Origin: a virus
Taxonomy: Duplodnaviria; Caudoviricetes
DNA: 64,000 nucleotides
Virus record (IMG/VR): IMGVR_UViG_3300013212_000088
Coordinates: 197,425 to 261,424 of that record
Reading direction: 5' to 3' (one strand)
Every line of letters begins with the position of its first letter. Within the stretch, counting starts at the first letter, position 1. The notes under the pieces were generated by a model. The model was given only the letters and a program-made list of their open reading frames with translations. It did not search any database and had not been told where the DNA came from. Shown in pieces: positions 40,935-50,169 of the stretch. The translations under genes and the position numbers were made by a program.

Positions 40935-43900
40935 ATGCCTCGAATTAAAATAGCTTCAATTAAAACTTCATCAAATCAAAAAAGAATAATTAAAACAGCG
41001 CAAAGAGCTATTAATTTATCCACTGCATTTGATCAACAAGGCTCATATAAAAACTCTTCTGAATTTTTTGAACTTGCCTGTCGTTATGCTAGATTTATCA
41101 CAGCACAAGAAGAACCAATTGAAGAACCTAGACCTTCAGCAGACGAAGTTAATTGGGAGAGAGTTCATAAACAAAATGTAACTCCAGAACTTGAAGAAGC
41201 TTACAATTTATATCCTACTAGTAATAAAATAAATTATTCTGAACCAAGACCCATACTTACTCAACCAAAATATGGATCTTCTTATGAAGATGTTCATTTC
41301 CAAAATGCAAATAAATTAACAAAAAGTTTTTATGACCAACTTGTTGCAAATAATGGGAATGTTCTTCAGTCTTTAAATGCAGTTGAAGACTTGATTAAAT
41401 CTTTGAGAGGGACTTTTAATTCTAATAACCAAAATTTAGTAAGTAATTTTTTTATTGAAAGTTTAGGCTTGGCTTTAGCAGCATTTTATAAAGATAATAG
41501 TTTTTTATCAATAAACAATCGCACTACAAGTTATGCACATAGTTATGCAATAAATATTTATTCTAATGCTCTTGATAATAATCAAAATTTAAGCAGAGTT
41601 TTAGGTCAACCGACAATTGAAGTTGACAATCAAACTGAGCGTCATTCAAAATTATTAGCATACTTAAAAGATTTATTCAAAGAAGAACTTTCACAAAATT
41701 CTCAAAAGATTATGCCAATGATTTCTCATATCATGCATAAACCAGGTTATTTTATGACTGGTTCAGCTGAAAATCAAAGATTAAGTGTAGACAAAGATGA
41801 TTTTTTAACTGTTTATTTTGCAAACGATCATTTAGCTTACGATGATGGATATTCTGAAGGAATTGGTTTAGATGAAATTGTTCATAGATTGGATTTCATC
41901 AAAACATTCGGCAGAGAAAACTATGATAAATATATAGACAATGAGAATAATCAAGTTGCATTTAGTGATAGGAATCATTTACAAGAAAAATTTAAATCAT
42001 TTGAACAGAATCCAAGCCCTGAAGCATTAAAAAATGTAATGTCATTTTTGATGAAATACGAAAATGTTATTGGATACAGTGGATCTACTAGAGATGTATA
42101 TTATGAGAAGTTAAATCGAATTTTAAAACAATTCGGTGAAGACTTTGTAGCCCAATTCTTTTCAGCAGAAGAAAAAAATTATGATTTAGGTTACATTACT
42201 AATGTCGCATACTCATTAATGTTAAAAGGTAAATCTGCTGAAGAAATCACTGATACTTTAGTAAAAAATGAAAGCAGTTTGGCTAACTTAGCATACAATC
42301 TTCAAGGAACCGACCTAGCATATGAATATTTAGAACAAAGGCCTGAACAACTACAATTGTTTATGGATTATGTAAATAAAGAGTTGGTTGATGATGAGAT
42401 ATTTAAGAATTTTCCTGATGCTAAAAAAATCATAGACAACTCTTTAAAAACTTATCTTGATTGGCTAGTTAAGAATTCAAGAGGTGATGTTGACAAAACT
42501 CGTGCTTTAGCGCTTGGATATTCAAGTCTTTTCTCACATGCATATAGAGAATTTGGCGAAGATGTTATGAAAATAAGTGCATTTGGAATGTCTTTAATTG
42601 TGCAAAATGATGCATATGACAGAATAAGATACGAGCAGATTATTGAGAATAAACATATACCTAGTCCAGAGCAAGACCAAGCTAAAGGAAATGCAATTTA
42701 TCAGTTCATTGAAGACAACCATAAAAGTTATTCTTCTGATTATTATAGATATAATCAAAAAGATGATCCACACAAAAGTTCAGCATTAAGAAAAATTGCA
42801 GAAAATTCAGTCGTAATGTTTGGTAATAATCCGAATGCAAAATATTTATCTGCCAAAGTTCAACTCCCTTCACCCATAGATGAAGAAAATAGAAAAATTG
42901 GTGAAGATTTTCTTAACTTTAAAACTAAAGGCATTTATTCTTTTCAAAACCTTACACAGCTTTTTAAATTTATTCCACCAGAGATAAAGAGTAAATATGA
43001 TACCCATGAATTAGGTATTTTAGTAAGCTTTTTTGATGACACATATATGTCTGAAAATAATAATAAAGCAATAGAAAGATTTGAAAATGCTGTTAATACT
43101 ATAGCAAGAAAAAATCCTGAGCTATATCAAAGAAAAGGAGAAAAGTACTATACACTTCTTAAGCATTTTTATATGTCTCCTGGCACAAAAATTGACAATC
43201 TTGATGGATTATTTGGATTGTTAGAACTTGCAAGATCCTCTATCAAAGAACAAGAAGCAGTTAAGCATTTTGATAGATATGAAATGTTTTCCCCAAAAAA
43301 TCTAAGCTTATATGTTCAGACTACACAACTTAAATGCCCCGAATGTGAAAAACTAAGAACTTTTGATTCTCAAGCACAAAAATGGTCTTGTTCAAATTGT
43401 GGAAATTCAAATAGTTTAAATTTAGCTGACATTGCTGAACTTTTAAAAAATAAAAAAGGCAATATGCAACTTCTGGTTATTTCTAATATAATATCCTTAA
43501 GAGACGAATTAATTGCTCTTACTAAATCATTTAATGCTTTAACTCAATCCAATTTCAATATTACAAGTAATTGGCAAGATATGAATTCAAGAGCGTTATT
43601 GTTTTCACTGCCTCGTGATCCCGATAGCGGAAATTTTATTGGTACCGAAGAAGAAATAAATCACGCAAATACTGTAAGACAAACATTAGATATGATTTTG
43701 ACAAAACAAACTAATGTTCAAAATAGTGATGAAATTTTAAAAGAATTTTTATTGGCTAGAAATGATAATGATATTCAAACTTCAATTGAAAATTATCTGA
43801 CAAGCTGGATTAAGAAAACTTTGACAAATGTAAGTAATGAAGATTTTGAAAATATAAATATAGAAAAGTACATGAGTGACTTTTCAAATCTGGCAAATAC

Positions 43901-45407
43901 AGATTTTGGTGAACTAAACTTACACGATGTCAAAGAAGCCGAAATGTTGAATTCAAGCCAACATGACGTAAGCTTTTCTCCTAGAAGTAGTTATGATTAT
44001 TTGAGTGAAAATCACATTCGCTCTAATATGTATGAAAAATCTTTAGTTTCAGCAGAAGAAGTGTTCAAAAACACAGATTTACTTGTAGTAGTATTTGGCA
44101 ATGAATTATGGAAATGGCTTGACAAGTTTACTACACAAGTACATTTCAACCCTAATAGAACTAAAGATGACCCAGAAAATATTACAAAGTTTAATGAATT
44201 AACTGATGCAGAAAAAGAAAAGATAGTTCATGATTCATCTCAAGTAGTTCCAGTTTCTGCCAAATCTTCTAGAATTAAAGGAATTGGACGATATTTATTA
44301 CAGTTTTATAGAGATGCTTTAGCTCAAGATTTAAAGTTTATTGTAACTAACTGGAATAAAAAAGTTAAAGTTGACAGCGAAACAAGCAGCACAGAATATG
44401 TAGTTGCTGAAGCTGCATATATTGAGCCTTTTAAGTCAAACCCAAATTCTTTAGTCAATATTTTAAGATACCAAAACCTTATGAAATTTTTCGGAGACAA
44501 CCCACCGAAAAGTTTAGATTTTGCCTACGAAGTGTCTAAATGGTATACAGTTGAAGATGAGGATGACGAAGAAGACGATCGTGTAATAGAAACAGAAGAT
44601 GATGATAGTGCTCCAGATATAGAAGAACTTACAGATGCAAAATATAGAAGATTAGAAGAAATGTATCTTTTATCTCAACAAATTCCTCTACCTAAATGGG
44701 CTCAAATTAATCCCGTCAAAGTTGGTAAATATATTGGAAGATTTTTGCCAAGAGAAGATGCTAGGCCAATGTTCTTGGGACAATACACAGGATGTTGTCA
44801 GCACCCAGAAAATGCAGCTTATGGAGCAGCTTTTGATGCAGTATTATCTCCAAAGGCTTGTACATTTGTAATTGAAGACACATTTAAGAAAATACACCTT
44901 CAATCTTATGTTTGGGAAGACAGAGATGGAAATGTTTGTTTTGATTCATTTGAAACTGGATCTAGAGATTTTTTCTACAGCGAACAAAGAAAGGCAAATG
45001 CTTCACAAATTATTCGAGAATTAACTAGCCAAATGGGAAATATTAAAGTTACTGGTGGGAATGGATTGCAAAATATATTCAGAGATGTAACAAAAACATA
45101 CCCATTACAAAACACTGGTGAAGGTAGAGCAGTTTCATATAAAGCATTTGGCGGAGCATATCAAATTTACTCTGCAGACTCTAGTACTCAATATCTGATA
45201 GCTGACAATAGAAGCTCAGAGGATAGTATGATGCATGATATTCAAATGTATCCTCAAGTCAATTCAAGTGAAGTAATAGAACAGTTAACAGATAAAAAAA
45301 TGATCTACCCTAATATGATGGCTGATAATTGGGACGATGATTTTACTAACTATATAGAAAATCAAAACAGTTCTTATTATAATGATGATGACGATGATGA
45401 AGACTAA
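40935..45407 (+). CDS. 1490-aa multidomain protein: leader, helical body, zinc ribbon, C-terminal TGCCQ domain
   Basis: CPEC...CSNC; FLGQYTGCCQH...QSYVW...FDSFE; acidic tail. Confidence 0.75.
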   Translation: MPRIKIASIKTSSNQKRIIKTAQRAINLSTAFDQQGSYKNSSEFFELACRYARFITAQEEPIEEPRPSADEVNWERVHKQNVTPELEEAYNLYPTSNKINYSEPRPILTQPKYGSSYEDVHFQNANKLTKSFYDQLVANNGNVLQSLNAVEDLIKSLRGTFNSNNQNLVSNFFIESLGLALAAFYKDNSFLSINNRTTSYAHSYAINIYSNALDNNQNLSRVLGQPTIEVDNQTERHSKLLAYLKDLFKEELSQNSQKIMPMISHIMHKPGYFMTGSAENQRLSVDKDDFLTVYFANDHLAYDDGYSEGIGLDEIVHRLDFIKTFGRENYDKYIDNENNQVAFSDRNHLQEKFKSFEQNPSPEALKNVMSFLMKYENVIGYSGSTRDVYYEKLNRILKQFGEDFVAQFFSAEEKNYDLGYITNVAYSLMLKGKSAEEITDTLVKNESSLANLAYNLQGTDLAYEYLEQRPEQLQLFMDYVNKELVDDEIFKNFPDAKKIIDNSLKTYLDWLVKNSRGDVDKTRALALGYSSLFSHAYREFGEDVMKISAFGMSLIVQNDAYDRIRYEQIIENKHIPSPEQDQAKGNAIYQFIEDNHKSYSSDYYRYNQKDDPHKSSALRKIAENSVVMFGNNPNAKYLSAKVQLPSPIDEENRKIGEDFLNFKTKGIYSFQNLTQLFKFIPPEIKSKYDTHELGILVSFFDDTYMSENNNKAIERFENAVNTIARKNPELYQRKGEKYYTLLKHFYMSPGTKIDNLDGLFGLLELARSSIKEQEAVKHFDRYEMFSPKNLSLYVQTTQLKCPECEKLRTFDSQAQKWSCSNCGNSNSLNLADIAELLKNKKGNMQLLVISNIISLRDELIALTKSFNALTQSNFNITSNWQDMNSRALLFSLPRDPDSGNFIGTEEEINHANTVRQTLDMILTKQTNVQNSDEILKEFLLARNDNDIQTSIENYLTSWIKKTLTNVSNEDFENINIEKYMSDFSNLANTDFGELNLHDVKEAEMLNSSQHDVSFSPRSSYDYLSENHIRSNMYEKSLVSAEEVFKNTDLLVVVFGNELWKWLDKFTTQVHFNPNRTKDDPENITKFNELTDAEKEKIVHDSSQVVPVSAKSSRIKGIGRYLLQFYRDALAQDLKFIVTNWNKKVKVDSETSSTEYVVAEAAYIEPFKSNPNSLVNILRYQNLMKFFGDNPPKSLDFAYEVSKWYTVEDEDDEEDDRVIETEDDDSAPDIEELTDAKYRRLEEMYLLSQQIPLPKWAQINPVKVGKYIGRFLPREDARPMFLGQYTGCCQHPENAAYGAAFDAVLSPKACTFVIEDTFKKIHLQSYVWEDRDGNVCFDSFETGSRDFFYSEQRKANASQIIRELTSQMGNIKVTGGNGLQNIFRDVTKTYPLQNTGEGRAVSYKAFGGAYQIYSADSSTQYLIADNRSSEDSMMHDIQMYPQVNSSEVIEQLTDKKMIYPNMMADNWDDDFTNYIENQNSSYYNDDDDDED

Positions 45408-45846
45408 AAACTATACATACGATTCTGATAATAAGCTTTTAGCAGTGGAGTCTTACTTTCCAAAATATAAAGTAAAATTCGACAGATCTAAAGGCGAAAA
45501 AATGATATCAAGATGGCTTAAAAAACATAAGATACATTTTAAATCAGAATATTCATTTCCTAATCTTAAAGCAATTAAAAGACTTAGATATGATTTTGCA
45601 ATTTTAGATGAAAATAATAATCCCCTTGCACTTATAGAGTTTCAAGGGGACCAACATTTCCATCCTGTTCCTAGGTGGGGCGGTTTACATGGACATTTAT
45701 CAACAGCAAAACATGATCAAATAAAAGCTTTGTATGCAAGAAGAAATAATATTCCATTATTTTATATTACAGAATCAGAACAAAATAAAATCTATCCAAT
45801 GTTAGAGCAGTTAATTAATTATTTATTTCCAACAAGAATTAATTAA
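45382..45846 (+). CDS. free-standing endonuclease (PD-(D/E)xK / Vsr-like)
   Basis: LRYDFAI...LIEFQGDQH...DQIK..YA; start probably downstream of 45382. Confidence 0.7.
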   Translation: MMMTMMKTKNYTYDSDNKLLAVESYFPKYKVKFDRSKGEKMISRWLKKHKIHFKSEYSFPNLKAIKRLRYDFAILDENNNPLALIEFQGDQHFHPVPRWGGLHGHLSTAKHDQIKALYARRNNIPLFYITESEQNKIYPMLEQLINYLFPTRIN

Positions 45847-46484
45847 CGCCCCATTAAAGATTTCTGAAACATGTGATTGTAAGGTGCTAAGTGATGTCCG
45901 TGCATCATCATAGAAATACCCATAATTCTTTCCCAAATTTGTTCTTCTGCTTTATTTTTAGGAAATTTACTAGGATTTAAAACACCCTGATCGATCATCT
46001 GCTTAACTACTTCACGCTTACCCAAAAAACACATTGAGGTAAGAGAATAATATTTGAATAAACCCTTGTATATTTCTTCACCAAAATTAACTCTAAGCCA
46101 ATTTACTTGATTAAAACTTAAGAATCTAGCTGGTAAATACTCTACTGAAAAACACTTAACATGATCTTTTTTCTCATATAAAAAATTAATGTCAAGTAAT
46201 TCCATAGAATCTTGTGTGTTAAAATAATATTCTGCTTCATGATTCATAAAAGCATGATATAAAGCGCCAACCTCATATCCACCACCACAACAGCTTTTCT
46301 CCACAGTAAATCCATATTCATTTTTGATCTTTTCTAATCTTTCTAATGATTGTGGATCTGTAGTGCCATTGTCAACTAAAACAACTTCGTATTTATCTTT
46401 GTCTAGTTGTCTGTAAATCTCAATATTCTTAAAAATAAAATCCCCAGCATTATATGTGGGGATTACAATTACACATTCATACAT
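45843..46484 (-). CDS. glycosyltransferase family 2
   Basis: VIPTYN, VLVDNG; ATG at 46484 with TATAAT 6 nt upstream. Confidence 0.75.
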   Translation of the reverse strand: MYECVIVIPTYNAGDFIFKNIEIYRQLDKDKYEVVLVDNGTTDPQSLERLEKIKNEYGFTVEKSCCGGGYEVGALYHAFMNHEAEYYFNTQDSMELLDINFLYEKKDHVKCFSVEYLPARFLSFNQVNWLRVNFGEEIYKGLFKYYSLTSMCFLGKREVVKQMIDQGVLNPSKFPKNKAEEQIWERIMGISMMMHGHHLAPYNHMFQKSLMGR

Positions 46485-46491
46485 ACAAGAA

Positions 46492-46950
46492 TTATACCAA
46501 AATATAAGATTCGTAAAACTCCTTAGCAGCAATTCTATAAACTTCTTTACAATCAGGAAGCGGAGTGACAATCATATCTCCAGGTTTTAAAGTCATCATT
46601 CGCCCCCATTTTGCAACAAACGTTATCTCCTCACCCGAATAAATAGAAGCTTTAACTCTTCCTTTTGGTTTGTAAATACCACCAGCATCCAAATTGCAAA
46701 CAAACTCATATCTCTGAAACATCATATCTGCACTTACAATATACTCTTCCTTCATAGATGTATATAAGTTTTGAACAACATAATCCCCAATTTTTGCATA
46801 ATTAGTTGTTTCTAAACCATCTTCAGTCCAAGTTTCTATATATTCATTTTCAACTGCAATACGAGCATATATAGGAGATATTTTTCTATATATCTTTCCA
46901 GTGTCATTTATGTAAGGAATAAATTCATTGTAAGCTTGATCTTGAGTCAT
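46492..46950 (-). CDS. hypothetical protein with two internal GD repeats (PGDYG-like)
   Basis: AKIGDYVV..EEYIV..MFQRYE and LKPGDMIV..EVYRI..EFYESY. Confidence 0.55.
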   Translation of the reverse strand: MTQDQAYNEFIPYINDTGKIYRKISPIYARIAVENEYIETWTEDGLETTNYAKIGDYVVQNLYTSMKEEYIVSADMMFQRYEFVCNLDAGGIYKPKGRVKASIYSGEEITFVAKWGRMMTLKPGDMIVTPLPDCKEVYRIAAKEFYESYILV

Positions 46951-47031
46951 AAAGTAATATTCGACTTTAAAGGATAAACGACTTTTAGTTTATAATTATT
47001 TCTATAAGAAAGAATATTTAAGGAAATAATT

Positions 47032-48258
47032 ATGCCTTCATTCAATAATAGAAATTCAAATAAAGATTTTAAAAAAACAGCCTCATCCGACTCATTACTA
47101 AATTCTGGAAAAGAACTTGGAGCTGGTTTGTCTACTGGTTTAGTTGATGAAGCATTAATTGGTGCTGCAAAAAAAACTAACTTAGTTGATATTGCTAAAA
47201 ATGTTAAACCTAATATGTGGGCAAACTTGGGTGTAGGAGCTGTAGGTATAGCTGCAAATCCATTAATAAATCTTGCTGAGGCTAATGTAATTGGACCTCA
47301 AAATATGTATTTAACAAGATATAAAGATGTGCTAAAAAATATTCAAGCAATACAGAAACTAATTCCAAACGACAACAAAGTTAATAGCATAATTCAACAA
47401 TTACAACAAGCTCTTCAACAAGGCACTCAATTATTTCAAAAAAAAGCATCATACAATAATAAAAATGTTAAACTTGCTATAATTGGTGAATTTAATACTG
47501 GACAATATGCTAGAGATGCTGCAATTGGAGCTGGTACAGGACTATTGTCGGGTGCACTTGCTGGTGGAGTTGGAGCAATTCCTGGTGCAGCACTTGGCTT
47601 TGTTGGTGGAGGTTTGGGGTCTGCTGCATATGACATTGCATATCAATTTAAAAACAACTTCCAAAAAGCATCTTGGCAAGCCGGTGAGCTACAACTCAAT
47701 TTAAAAACATTAGCTGATCAACTAGAACATTTTTCACCTCAGTTAGGAAACATGCTTCAAAAATTAGGGCAAGATATAAAAAATGAAATTGAAGTTAGAT
47801 TTGAAAAAAAATCTGGAGCAAACTACAAAAACGAGTATGATCAAACTACTCAACAAGGACAGCAAGGACAAGGACAGCAGCAAGAAGGAATGCCACAACT
47901 TGATTCCTCTAATCTTGATCCAAATCTAGCCCAAGCAGTAACTAACGCATTACAAATATATTCTCAAGCAAAACAAGCTTACTATATGAATCCTCAGATG
48001 TATGAACAATTGAGAATGCAGTATCAACAAATACTACAAGAAATAAATGCTTACATTGCTCAAAATTATCCTGGTCAAGATGCTAATCAAATATTAGCTA
48101 TTTATATGAAACAAGCAAACTTCGGAATGCAAGAACAACAAATACAACAACAAATACAACAACCAATGCAACAACAACCAATGATGCAACAAACATTCAA
48201 TCAGCAAAATTATCAACAGCCAATGCAAAACAGTTATTTAAGAACTAACAATTTTTAA
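47032..48258 (+). CDS. glycine-zipper protein with Gln-rich C-terminus
   Basis: GAGTGLLSGALAGGVGAIPGAALGFVGGGLG; QQ-rich tail. Confidence 0.65.
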   Translation: MPSFNNRNSNKDFKKTASSDSLLNSGKELGAGLSTGLVDEALIGAAKKTNLVDIAKNVKPNMWANLGVGAVGIAANPLINLAEANVIGPQNMYLTRYKDVLKNIQAIQKLIPNDNKVNSIIQQLQQALQQGTQLFQKKASYNNKNVKLAIIGEFNTGQYARDAAIGAGTGLLSGALAGGVGAIPGAALGFVGGGLGSAAYDIAYQFKNNFQKASWQAGELQLNLKTLADQLEHFSPQLGNMLQKLGQDIKNEIEVRFEKKSGANYKNEYDQTTQQGQQGQGQQQEGMPQLDSSNLDPNLAQAVTNALQIYSQAKQAYYMNPQMYEQLRMQYQQILQEINAYIAQNYPGQDANQILAIYMKQANFGMQEQQIQQQIQQPMQQQPMMQQTFNQQNYQQPMQNSYLRTNNF

Positions 48259-48261
48259 GAC

Positions 48262-48292
48262 ATAAAAAAAGATCCCAAAAGGATCTTTTTTT
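48262..48292. terminator. bidirectional terminator
   Basis: AAAAAAAGATCC-CAAAA-GGATCTTTTTTT. Confidence 0.75.
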
Positions 48293-48920
48293 ATAATGGT
48301 AATTCAAACTGTTTACCATTCCAATATTCATTTCTGAAAGATTGAATTGAATTGTAATATTTCATTCGATCATCAAAATAAATAATTATTGGATCTTCTC
48401 CTAGCTCATGTAGAACTTTGTTTAGCAATAACCTTCCAGTTCTACCATTACCATCAATGAAAGGATGAATTACTTCAAACATATGATGAGAAACAATAGC
48501 ACAATCTATAGCTTTCATTTGTTTATCATAAACTAAATCCATAAGGTATTTAGTTTTCTCATGCCACACTCTCATCAAAGAATGGATCTGGTATGGGTAA
48601 GGACAATCTTCAAGCCCAATAAAACAATCAACTTTTCTGTAAACACCACTATTACCATGATCTTCAAAAAATGGAATGTCTCTAGTTAAAAACCTATGAA
48701 TATCCAATGGAGTGTTTTCATTTAATTCCCAACCATCTGATAAAACAAAGTTTAATGCATTCATATGGTTGTCATACATTGTGCAACCAGGCTTCGAACC
48801 AATATAACCTGGTTGTGGATCAATGTAATTACTTTCAACAACATATGTGTGCTTCCAGGATGAGTAATCAAAAGATACAACTTTTATATTCATGTTATTA
48901 CCTAGCCAAGTATACCACAT
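48291..48920 (-). CDS. Fic-domain protein (putative AMP transferase)
   Basis: canonical HPFIDGNGRTGR motif. Confidence 0.92.
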   Translation of the reverse strand: MWYTWLGNNMNIKVVSFDYSSWKHTYVVESNYIDPQPGYIGSKPGCTMYDNHMNALNFVLSDGWELNENTPLDIHRFLTRDIPFFEDHGNSGVYRKVDCFIGLEDCPYPYQIHSLMRVWHEKTKYLMDLVYDKQMKAIDCAIVSHHMFEVIHPFIDGNGRTGRLLLNKVLHELGEDPIIIYFDDRMKYYNSIQSFRNEYWNGKQFELPL

Positions 48921-48980
48921 AAAAGGATAAAGTAATTATTTATAAAGAAAAATAGAAATAGAATTAGTTGGAGAAAAAAA

Positions 48981-49184
48981 ATGTTCCAAATACAATCATT
49001 ACTTTCAAAGCTTTTAAAAAGAACTACTGGCATTCCAGAAGTCAATTTAACTAAAGTTCCATTTGTAGGCACTCTTGTTTCTGATATGCAAGAAGGACCT
49101 ATGAGAGATGTTTTAAAACAATTTTCTAAAGAAACATTGCAACAAATAATTAAAATTGCAAATGATGAACTTAAGAAAAAATAA
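48981..49184 (+). CDS. hypothetical protein
   Basis: 67 aa with GGAG SD. Confidence 0.6.
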   Translation: MFQIQSLLSKLLKRTTGIPEVNLTKVPFVGTLVSDMQEGPMRDVLKQFSKETLQQIIKIANDELKKK

Positions 49185-49249
49185 TCAAAAAGGTTTGCAT
49201 AAAAGTTTAATCGTATAAAAATACAATAACGGAAACGTAGAGGAATTAT

Positions 49250-50164
49250 ATGGAAATTAGAAGTTTAATTATTTTAGCTGCAAAAGCTGACTCAGAAGGA
49301 AATTTTAGAGTTGCTGATAGATTAACTGCAAAAATTGAAACAATGTCGAGAGAGGCAAGTTTCAGTTTTAGTCCAGCTTTTAAAGCACTTATTGAAAAAA
49401 TACCTGGTGTAGCAGATGGAGTAAAAAGAAGTGATTCGATTCCTGAGGGTTTTGAATTTTACAACGGAATGCATATACCTAAAGCAAGTATGCCCTCAGT
49501 CCAAGCAGCAGCTGCAGAAGCAGTTAAGGCAGCTAAAGAAGCAGCTAAGGCAGCTAAGGCAGCTGGAGGAGCAGCTAAGGCAGCTGGAGGAGCAGCTAAG
49601 GCAGCTGGCGGCGGTGGTGGCGGTGGTGGCGGTGGTGGCGGTGCTTCCATTGGTGATATAAATATTACTGGATTTAAAGGCGACGCAGGGGCCAGAGGAC
49701 TTAGAGGTTTAAGAGGATTGGCAGGGGCTGCAGGACCTGCAGGTTTAAGAGGATTGGCAGGGGCTGCAGGACCTGCAGGTCCCGCTGGGGCATGGTGGCC
49801 AGGCCTTCTTGCTGGCTTATTAAGTGGTGCTATCGGGGCTGGTGGAGTTGCAGCCTGGTTGGCTAGCAAAGGTGCCGATAATGCTGTTGTAAGAGATATG
49901 GAAAAACACTTAGAAAAACTCCCGCAGTATCAAATGATGACAAGAAGAACAAATTCTGGCGATTTGACAGGTGCTAAAGCAATACAAGCACAAAACTTTG
50001 TTGATACCAATTCAACAAATACAAGATTGAAGAATCAAAGAGACTGGTACAATCTTGCACTCCAACAGTCAGGTGGAGACTCAAACTTTGCTAATAACGT
50101 TATTTCTTTAGTTAAAGCAACTCCACAAATGCCTTCATCAATTGGTGGCGGCCCAAACATATAA
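49250..50164 (+). CDS. leader-bearing Gly/Ala-rich protein with short collagen-like segment
   Basis: LAAKADSEGNFRVADRL leader; AAKAAGG repeats, poly-Gly, 13 G-X-Y triplets, hydrophobic helix. Confidence 0.75.
   Translation: MEIRSLIILAAKADSEGNFRVADRLTAKIETMSREASFSFSPAFKALIEKIPGVADGVKRSDSIPEGFEFYNGMHIPKASMPSVQAAAAEAVKAAKEAAKAAKAAGGAAKAAGGAAKAAGGGGGGGGGGGGASIGDINITGFKGDAGARGLRGLRGLAGAAGPAGLRGLAGAAGPAGPAGAWWPGLLAGLLSGAIGAGGVAAWLASKGADNAVVRDMEKHLEKLPQYQMMTRRTNSGDLTGAKAIQAQNFVDTNSTNTRLKNQRDWYNLALQQSGGDSNFANNVISLVKATPQMPSSIGGGPNI
49550..49777 (+). repeat. in-frame tandem repeats: 21-bp unit x about 3, GGY run, exact 36-bp duplication
   Basis: GCAGCTAAGGCAGCTGGAGGA at 49550 and 49571, partial at 49592; 49706-49741 identical to 49742-49777. 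Confidence 0.9.
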
Positions 50165-50169
50165 TCAAA

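Noticed and set aside
48900-48920. MWY start of the Fic gene as a member of the MWY tag family
   Set aside because: It reads MWYTWL without the K/R-x-A motif, and the true start may be the later MNIK.
49670-49790. Collagen segment as substrate of the 2OG oxygenase
   Set aside because: All prolines are in the X position (GPA), whereas prolyl 4-hydroxylases act on Y-position prolines.
49459-49869. Poly-proline ORF on the minus strand
   Set aside because: It is the antisense shadow of the poly-Gly/Ala repeats in 49250-50164.
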